Shown: positions 18,739-25,773 of the stretch, piece after piece
Position numbering within the stretch: position 1 is the first letter of the stretch
Layout: each line of letters starts with the position of its first letter
NCBI GenBank assembly: GCA_937996605.1
Contig: CALKVB010000436.1
Coordinates: forward strand, 1 to 61,548
From: an uncultured Oxalobacteraceae bacterium
Lineage (GTDB): Bacteria; Pseudomonadota; Gammaproteobacteria; Burkholderiales; Burkholderiaceae_D
Direction: 5' to 3'
Length of the DNA stretch: 61,548 nt
Notes under the pieces: model-generated
What the model saw: the letters and a program-made list of their open reading frames with translations, nothing else
What the model was told of the DNA's origin: nothing
The model's database searches: none
Translations under genes and position numbers: made by a program

Positions 18739-20423
18739 ATTGGCTCAACGGTATTTTGAGTTTGTTACTGATCGCAGTGGCCTTGTGGTCAATGCGCGGA
18801 TACACGCGAAGGCTGGAGAAGGCTTTAGTATTGTGTTCAGCACTGTGTGTACTCGCCATACTGTGGCAGGAAAATTGGATACCTTGGTTGCAAGCGCAGT
18901 TGCCGCCAAAATCGCCATCCACCTTGGTTATTCATAGCGATAAACAAGCCGTCTTGACGCCGAGCTTACAAAGGCAAATTGAAGGCGCTCAACAAATTCA
19001 ATTGCTGGGAGATGGCTATCGCCGGAGTCAATGGCAAGATATCAAGGCGAGGCCTTTGGTCTGGCAGCAAGACAAAGATAAACCGAGTCTGCAGCTGCAA
19101 TTTAAACCGCAAGTCGCGTTAGGACGTGAGTTTGAATTAGTGATCCAGCGCCAAATGCACTCGCGCCCCGTTGTTGATCAAAGGCGAGGTCAGTGGCATG
19201 CCCAACTGTTGGCGGAGAACGGCGTGGTCTTGGCTGAGGAGAAAAGCAAAGAAGCGAGTTTGCGTTTGCGGTGGTTGGCCCCAGTTGCAGAACGTATGGT
19301 ATTGCAAGCGAAAGTCTTCGATGAGAATGAGAGGCTGATTGATGCGGGGCCTATCCCTGTTGAGGTGAAGGCACTCAAACCTTTGCAAGTTTGGGGGCGT
19401 TTTGACGCCTCTTCATTTGATGCAAGATCACTGCAAAACGTGCTGCGCCAAAGCCAAGCACTGCTCGATTGGCAAACACGTTTGGGCAAAGATATTCAGC
19501 ACATAGAAACGCCTGTTACTGAAATCACCAATACCGATTTGATGCTGATCGATGCTGCCTTTCTCGAGCAACAAAGTGGAGCGTCTTTGCAGCAGATATT
19601 GGCGCAAGTGGCCAAAGGAAAGACCTTGATGGTACTGGGTGCGAACGCGAATCAGACCAACTTTTGGCGCCAACGTTTTGAGCTTAATTTGCAAGCGAGT
19701 AACCTCACGAAAGATGCGGAAGTCACGGTCGATGTCGCAGGCTTTGGCAGCATGAGCCTAACCCCGAACGCATTCTCAGTGATGCCTAACAATGTGAGCA
19801 ATGCAGGCAAAGCCTCGACTTGGCACGCATACCCACAAAGTAAAGGTAGTACGCCGTGGCTGTGGCAACGTTCGTGGCAAGGGGGGGGCATCGCGTGGAT
19901 CGCGCTCAGTGATTGGCATCGACATGCGATCGCGACCCCGCAAAAACTCACGGCGTGGTGGCAACAAATTTTTGATCAACTTGAGTCTGCAGGACCTAAT
20001 TCGCTTGGCATATCTTTGCGAGATGAAATGCCGCTGCTAGGTGAACGCCAAATTGTGTGCGCGCAAGGCATAGTGCAAGGAGGAATAAGCGCAGTTGAGA
20101 AAGTGGTCTTGCCTTTATCGAGCTATGCCGAGGCAGTGGATCAACTCTGTACTGCTTGGCGACCCATGCAAATCGGCTGGCAGGAATTAAGCTTAACAGC
20201 ACCAGAATTGAAGTCACCCATGCAGCAAGGTTTTTATGTGTATGCGAATGATGCCTGGCCAACGTGGCAGCGGTATTTGAAAGCACAAGCGAACTTGGAG
20301 TTTGCTGAGCGGCTGCCAGCAAGGCTTAAAGCAGTCGCGCCGCAGCTTCCGATGTGGCCACTCTATTTACTTACAGCGCTGCTTTTGCTTGGCTTATGGC
20401 GTATCGACACAAAGCGCGCTTAG
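18735..20423 (+). CDS. Hypothetical membrane protein, last gene of the MoxR cluster
   Basis: 562-aa ORF with ATGA overlap, N- and C-terminal TM segments and a large soluble middle. Confidence 0.7.
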   Translation: MNWLNGILSLLLIAVALWSMRGYTRRLEKALVLCSALCVLAILWQENWIPWLQAQLPPKSPSTLVIHSDKQAVLTPSLQRQIEGAQQIQLLGDGYRRSQWQDIKARPLVWQQDKDKPSLQLQFKPQVALGREFELVIQRQMHSRPVVDQRRGQWHAQLLAENGVVLAEEKSKEASLRLRWLAPVAERMVLQAKVFDENERLIDAGPIPVEVKALKPLQVWGRFDASSFDARSLQNVLRQSQALLDWQTRLGKDIQHIETPVTEITNTDLMLIDAAFLEQQSGASLQQILAQVAKGKTLMVLGANANQTNFWRQRFELNLQASNLTKDAEVTVDVAGFGSMSLTPNAFSVMPNNVSNAGKASTWHAYPQSKGSTPWLWQRSWQGGGIAWIALSDWHRHAIATPQKLTAWWQQIFDQLESAGPNSLGISLRDEMPLLGERQIVCAQGIVQGGISAVEKVVLPLSSYAEAVDQLCTAWRPMQIGWQELSLTAPELKSPMQQGFYVYANDAWPTWQRYLKAQANLEFAERLPARLKAVAPQLPMWPLYLLTALLLLGLWRIDTKRA

Positions 20424-20913
20424 CGGCAAGAGGTGCAGTCCGCTTGTTTTTATGGCTTATGATTTTAATTTTGTAAAAACCATTTTTTGCAAAATTAAAA
20501 TCAAATCTAACCGATGAAAATTTACTTTGACTAAATTAAATTTATTTTAGATCTGAAATGGTTGTTATTTAACTACGCTTATTTTAGTCACTATAACTTT
20601 GATCAAAACACAGCAAGTTCGCAATTTAATTCTTTGGCCAAGCTCGCCCAATGAATCTTCTCTTTCTCGTGCTGTGCAAATTCTCATGACTTGAACTACA
20701 GCAAGCATTTTCATGTGTGAACTCCTTTTTCTGCCATTACGCCTCGCTTTCAATCTCCTTCAAATTCGTTTCTACTGAAGTTCCATTGGTTCGATGTTTA
20801 TCCCCAGGAACCAATATGTGATGCTGCGAGATTTGTGAATGCGTTGGAGTCTTCAGCATCGTTTTTTCTTCAGGACCTGCATAAGAACATGTCTGAACTT
20901 AGGAGGAAGTAAG

Positions 20914-21471
20914 ATGAATAAGAAGTTGAAAGTAGCATTAGCTTTAGTATTCGGTTTGACCAGCGCTGCGCAAATTGCCTATGCCATGACGGTTAATTCG
21001 ACCTACGTTAACAACACGGGTAATGAAATCCGCGGAATCTTTGGACGTTATTCCAACCCAACGATTTATCTCGATCGTCGCGCCTGTGGCGAATCTCAAT
21101 TGTCGGCTATGGCATGTGGGCCGTACACCATTAGTGTCGGAAGTTCCTTCCTGCAAAACGCAGAGAACAATTACGGCAATTATGCGGCGAAAGCTATCTT
21201 AGGGCATGAATGGGGTCATACGATTCAATTTACCTATAACATCAATCCCGGTCAGCCTTACCTCGAGTTGCAGGCCGATTGCGCGGGCGGTTCTTTCATT
21301 CGTTATGCGGTCGATAGTTTGCGTTATCCGAACTTCTTAGCGACTGCCGTGAGTGCTGCACGTGCCTATGCAGGTGGTGATCATGGTACTCCTGCTCAAC
21401 GCGATTACTACACACGTTGGGGCTACACTAATGGCATTTCCAAATGTCTGAATAACCTACCGCGCGTTTAA
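20914..21471 (+). CDS. Secreted neutral zinc metallopeptidase (YpfJ/zincin-like)
   Basis: Strong SD aggagg before ATG 20914, signal peptide, HEWGH...ELQADC and DHGTPAQR motifs. Confidence 0.8.
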   Translation: MNKKLKVALALVFGLTSAAQIAYAMTVNSTYVNNTGNEIRGIFGRYSNPTIYLDRRACGESQLSAMACGPYTISVGSSFLQNAENNYGNYAAKAILGHEWGHTIQFTYNINPGQPYLELQADCAGGSFIRYAVDSLRYPNFLATAVSAARAYAGGDHGTPAQRDYYTRWGYTNGISKCLNNLPRV

Positions 21472-21604
21472 TTTTTGTTGGCGGCATTGTTGGAACCAAT
21501 GATGTAGGTAATCGGTAGAGTCACACTTTCAAAAGAGGTGTGACTCTCTGCTCAACGCAATGCTTAGATGCAAATAGAAGTGTCAGAATGAAGTGGAGCA
21601 TGGC

Positions 21605-22399
21605 ATGAAAAAAATGAATATCGTACTCACAGTGAGCGCTACATTGCTTGTTGGTTCAAGCTATGTTTTGTGGCAGTCGATGACTACACAAGAACAACGA
21701 GAGTTGGCGGCGGCAAGTGTTAGCTCTGCTGCAGGCAAAGATAAAGTAGAATTCGCGAGCAGTGCCTCACGCCCCGATGTTGGACATGCGCATGGTGAAA
21801 AAGCGAACCCTTGGCAAGCGTCGCCATTTCAAGTTGCAGGTACTCCGACGGCGATTCCTAATTTTGGACCGATGAATAAGCTTGACCCAGCTCAGGTTCC
21901 CGAGCCAGAGAAAGAAGTGGTATCGCCGGAAGAACTCGCGCGCCGTCAGAAGATGACGGCATTAGGCTATATGGTGCCTACTGACTACTACAGCAAAGAT
22001 GTAAAAACCCTAAAGCAATTGGCGAAATCCGGCGATGCCTATGCAATGGTGCATCTCGGAGAAAAATATTATTTTGAATTAAACGGCCAGACAACGAATC
22101 CAGATTTTGAACAAGGTCTTGATTATCCTGCGGCAGCCAAACAATCGTTTAAAGACGCCTTGGTCGCAGGTAACGTCAGATCAGCAGGCATCATTGCTGA
22201 ACTGTATTTTCAAGAGAAGAATCCAACCGAAGCCTATGCCTGGCACTTAATTTCGGATCAACTTGGTGACGATATCAGTGCCAATTGGTTCCGTCGTACT
22301 GAGATGGCACAGCAAGCGACACCGGCTATCAAGCAGGCGGCGGCAACTCGTGCAGCACAAATTATGAGTGAACTTAAGCTCGCTAAAAAATCGAGCTAG
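21605..22399 (+). CDS. Membrane-anchored hypothetical protein with Sel1-like helical repeats
   Basis: N-terminal hydrophobic segment, Pro/Ala linker, AKSGDAYAMVHLG...EAYAW Sel1-like pattern. Confidence 0.6.
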   Translation: MKKMNIVLTVSATLLVGSSYVLWQSMTTQEQRELAAASVSSAAGKDKVEFASSASRPDVGHAHGEKANPWQASPFQVAGTPTAIPNFGPMNKLDPAQVPEPEKEVVSPEELARRQKMTALGYMVPTDYYSKDVKTLKQLAKSGDAYAMVHLGEKYYFELNGQTTNPDFEQGLDYPAAAKQSFKDALVAGNVRSAGIIAELYFQEKNPTEAYAWHLISDQLGDDISANWFRRTEMAQQATPAIKQAAATRAAQIMSELKLAKKSS

Positions 22400-22445
22400 G
22401 CGCGAAGACACTTTTGACGCCGAAACTCAATCAAGACCGTAAATG

Positions 22446-22489
22446 AAAAAGCGCGAATTTTTTAAGTGTTTCAAAATTTCGCGCTTTTT
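22446..22489. terminator. Bidirectional intrinsic terminator
   Basis: aaaaagcgcgaa...ttcgcgcttttt between convergent genes. Confidence 0.75.
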
Positions 22490-22526
22490 GTTTCTATCGA
22501 GACGCCGTAGCGAAGCAAGCTCGAAA

Positions 22527-23804
22527 TTACTTACTCGCAGCTTTCACCACTTCGCCCGCTTTGATCACCACTGCGACATTTTCTAAGAGGCGTACGTCTT
22601 TACTTGGATCACCCTTGACGGCGACCATATCGGCAAAACGACCTGCTTCGATGATACCGACATCTTTGCTGGCCAAGGCTTCTGCAGCATTGATCGTCGC
22701 CGCTTGAATTGCTTGTACCGGCGTCATGCCATATTTCACCATGGTGGCGAATTGTTTTGCGTTGTCGCCATGTGGGTAAATACCGGCGTCGGTACCGTAC
22801 ACCATTTTCACGCCGGCTGCGTGCGCTTTGCGGAATCCTTCGCGTTGGATGTCTGCGACTTCGCGGTCTTTACGCAAATTATCTTCAAGCACACCATTCT
22901 TTTTACCTTCCGATTGCGTGTAATCGGTGTTGTAAATGTCCATTGACAAGTAGGCGCCATGCTTCTTAGCGAGCGCAATACCTTCATCATCGATCAAACT
23001 GGCGTGCTCAATGGTGTCAATGCCAGCACGAATCGCATCCTTAATACCTGATGTGCCATGTGCATGCGCTGCCACGCGCAAGTCCCATTGATGTGCTTCC
23101 TCAGCAATGGCTTTCATTTCCGTTAGACTTAATTGCTGTTGGCCTGGTTCAGTATTGTGTGAAAACACGCCACCAGTCGCACAAATCTTGATGACTTGCG
23201 CACCATACTTACGTAATTCGCGCACACGTTTGCGGCCTTCTTCTGGGCTATCGGCGTTGTATGGGCTACGTTGATTCATCGACGGTGGGAAGAAAGTCGA
23301 GTCGCAATGACCGCCGGTAGCACCGAAGGAATACGCAGCGGTAACGATACGTGGACCACGCACTTTTCCTTCATCGATGGCCTCGCGCAGTCCTACGTCA
23401 TTCCATGCGTCTGAACCCACATTGCGTACCGTAGTGAAGCCTGCATCCAAAGTGCGGCTGGCGTGAGGAACGGTGATGATAGACCAGAAGCGATCGTTAA
23501 ATTGCAGCGTGTTATAGCCGCCATAAGTGGGATCACTATCGAGATGGACGTGCATATCGATCAAACCTGGAACCAAGGTCATACCTGCTAAATCGATTTT
23601 CTTGGTATCGGCAGCAACACTCTGTGCACCTTGCTTCACACTAACGATACGACCATCGCGCACTAAGATCTGCGGATTCGCGATCATTTTTCCTGTACGC
23701 ACATCGAGCATTTGGCTCGCGGAAATCAAAACATCAGCCGCTTGCGCATAAGCTGAAAAACTTAAAGCAGCGGCAATCGCCGTCAAAGAAAAAGCAAACT
23801 TCAT
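22527..23804 (-). CDS. Secreted amidohydrolase-superfamily peptidase (Xaa-Pro dipeptidase-like)
   Basis: Start revised to MKFAFSL (signal peptide ...AYAQA). PGLIDMHVH, GFTTVRNVG, IKICATGG, AHAHG, IEHAS, GTDAG. Confidence 0.88.
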   Translation of the reverse strand: MKFAFSLTAIAAALSFSAYAQAADVLISASQMLDVRTGKMIANPQILVRDGRIVSVKQGAQSVAADTKKIDLAGMTLVPGLIDMHVHLDSDPTYGGYNTLQFNDRFWSIITVPHASRTLDAGFTTVRNVGSDAWNDVGLREAIDEGKVRGPRIVTAAYSFGATGGHCDSTFFPPSMNQRSPYNADSPEEGRKRVRELRKYGAQVIKICATGGVFSHNTEPGQQQLSLTEMKAIAEEAHQWDLRVAAHAHGTSGIKDAIRAGIDTIEHASLIDDEGIALAKKHGAYLSMDIYNTDYTQSEGKKNGVLEDNLRKDREVADIQREGFRKAHAAGVKMVYGTDAGIYPHGDNAKQFATMVKYGMTPVQAIQAATINAAEALASKDVGIIEAGRFADMVAVKGDPSKDVRLLENVAVVIKAGEVVKAASK

Positions 23805-23940
23805 TGAGTAACTCCAGTGAGAGAAAAAATACAGCAGGTGCTGAGCGCTGCTTAGTATCGCGTTTGTATCGGGCATGGTCAAACCATAGCGCAGAATCTG
23901 ACGTACGCTACCAACAATCGAGTCATAAATGAATAAATTG

Positions 23941-23971
23941 AAAAGCAAAAAGCCCACCAAATGGCGGGCTT
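23941..23971 (-). terminator. Intrinsic terminator closing the csp 3' region
   Basis: Minus strand AAGCCCGCCAUUUGGUGGGCUUUUUGCUUUU: GC-rich stem followed by a U-tract. Confidence 0.75.
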
Positions 23972-24348
23972 CGTGAACAACAATAAGTATAAAAAAGCAT
24001 GCATCGAATTCCCATCCCACCGACGCTATCTGCGAAGTGTGTGATGTGGTCTCAAGCCCATGCTATCTGCATGGTGCCCTTGTGAAATTCAATTACGGCG
24101 GGTTCGTTCCGCTGTTCTTATTCTGTGTTGGGTGAGTTTGCCGCAACCGGTACGGCATACCGTTACACCATCTTCGCTTGCCCACACTATCTGTGTGGTG
24201 CTACACGCCGGTGAGAACGATGAGGCAAAGCCTCAATCACTTTTCTTTGATTGCGATCGATGAACTTTTGTCTTCCCAACGCTATCTGCGAAGTGGTCAA
24301 CGTCAGTGCATGATGCAATGGCGAATCTCTGTCTCAATTAAAAATTGA
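23946..24348 (-). ncRNA. Putative structured RNA or long 3'-UTR with four C-AGAUA-G hairpins
   Basis: Four ctatctg-centred inverted repeats (loops at 24027-31, 24064-68, 24188-92, 24283-87), compensatory stem changes, additional hairpins and a distal terminator. Confidence 0.6.
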
Positions 24349-24558
24349 TTACAAAACCTGAATATTGCTGGCTTTGTCGCCTTTAGGGCTAGCAGTGCGT
24401 TCAAACGAAACACGCTGATTTTCCGAAAGGCTTTTGAAACCATTGGATTGAATGTCCTGGAAATGGGCGAACAGATCCGCACCACCTGTATCTGGTGTAA
24501 TAAAACCAAAACCTTTTGCGTCGTTGAACCATTTGACGATGCCTGTTTGTTGAGTCAT
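24349..24558 (-). CDS. Cold-shock protein (CspA family)
   Basis: [15 protein letters not shown] (RNP1) and LFAHF (RNP2); 69 aa. SD gaagga. Confidence 0.97.
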   Translation of the reverse strand: MTQQTGIVKWFNDAKGFGFITPDTGGADLFAHFQDIQSNGFKSLSENQRVSFERTASPKGDKASNIQVL

Positions 24559-24972
24559 GTTATTTCCTTCGTTGTATCGATCTAGCTGTTTTACCGGCGG
24601 CTTAATGTCGCGCAGCTAATGTTGCATTGATCTTTTTTCTTGAAGCAAAGAGGGATGAAATCATATACAAATTGAATTATGCGTATGAAGCCCATTTTGC
24701 CCGTGGACGAAATTGTCCTGTGGCACTGAGAACCAAGAGATGAAACCGAAGGAGAACAAACAGAACGACTAGAAGAGAACAGCCATGCGGAATTGGGACC
24801 AACAATATTACGACCTGATGCAAGTACAGGACGCAATATACAGGGCTTTTTGGAAATCACCTAATTATATTTTGGAAAAATGAAAAATAGTGTGAAGTTG
24901 CGAAATACCAAATTGGCCAGATGGCGGCGAACATTGAAGTTGACCGCCATACTAAACACGTACTTGAGCGTA

Positions 24973-25500
24973 TCAACGGAAGAAGTTGTATCGCGCAGTG
25001 TAAGCTATCCGCACTTCCTTGCCGAGGTTGGAGCCATCGCAAGTTATATTGGGTGCTTTTCCATCTTTAGTTGAAACACGCTGAATACTTTTTACTTGAG
25101 AAAAGATTCCAGTACCGCTGTTTGACTTCGCCTTCAGCAGCAACAAAGGAATCGCATTTGCATCGGCGCTGTCGGCGCGTGCAACGACTTCGCCAACTAC
25201 TTTACTGCCATCATTGCTTTCCCAGCTTGGTCCAGCATAGTGTTTGCCGACTACATTGCCTTGTTGGTCGAATAGTTTCGCTTCTGGCGCGAGGAAAACC
25301 CATTCATATTTATTGGAATCCTTGGCATTTGTTTTGCAAGCATAAATTTGCACGCCTTCGGCCGCAAAATCGAAAGTAAAACTTTGATCAGCGGGAGCTT
25401 TCAAAGCTTCTGGTGCTGCTTGTACGGGAGAGGTTGGAACTGTAGTGCATGCATTAAGAGTGGCAAGCATAAATGTGAGTAGACTGACTTTGTGTTTCAT
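24973..25500 (-). CDS. DUF3455-like lipoprotein
   Basis: Start revised to MKHKVSLL with lipobox LNAC. AEGVQIYAC, WVFLAPEA, GKHYAGPSW, IQRVSTKDGKAP, YTARYNF. Confidence 0.75.
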   Translation of the reverse strand: MKHKVSLLTFMLATLNACTTVPTSPVQAAPEALKAPADQSFTFDFAAEGVQIYACKTNAKDSNKYEWVFLAPEAKLFDQQGNVVGKHYAGPSWESNDGSKVVGEVVARADSADANAIPLLLLKAKSNSGTGIFSQVKSIQRVSTKDGKAPNITCDGSNLGKEVRIAYTARYNFFR

Positions 25501-25773
25501 ATTTTTCTTTAAGTAATGTAGGAGCAATTTGCTGCTCTCAAGGCAAGTAAATGCTCTGAACAGCGGTATTGCCGTGGTTTTGTTGCTTGTTGACCCTAGC
25601 TTAGACACCATATTGGCGACTTCATGCTTGCTTTGAGTGATAATAGCTCGTAGAAAATCAGGCAAGCAAAAGACCAAAGATGTTGGCTATTGAATAACTG
25701 TGTTGAGAGTACTTAGATTCATAAAAGTTCATAAAAATTTATAAAAATTCACTAAGTCGAAAGAAATTGCCAA

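Noticed and set aside
23805-24020. N-terminal extension of the amidohydrolase ORF given in the track
   Set aside because: It crosses a terminator; the signal peptide and SD (ggag) point to ATG 23804.
24060-24263. 67-aa + strand ORF over the hairpin region
   Set aside because: No SD and no recognisable protein features. The compensatory stem changes are better explained by RNA structure.
24018-24296. The ctatctg repeats as a CRISPR array
   Set aside because: Only 17-22 nt long, two repeat types, very unequal spacing (37, 124 and 95 nt between loop starts) and no cas genes.
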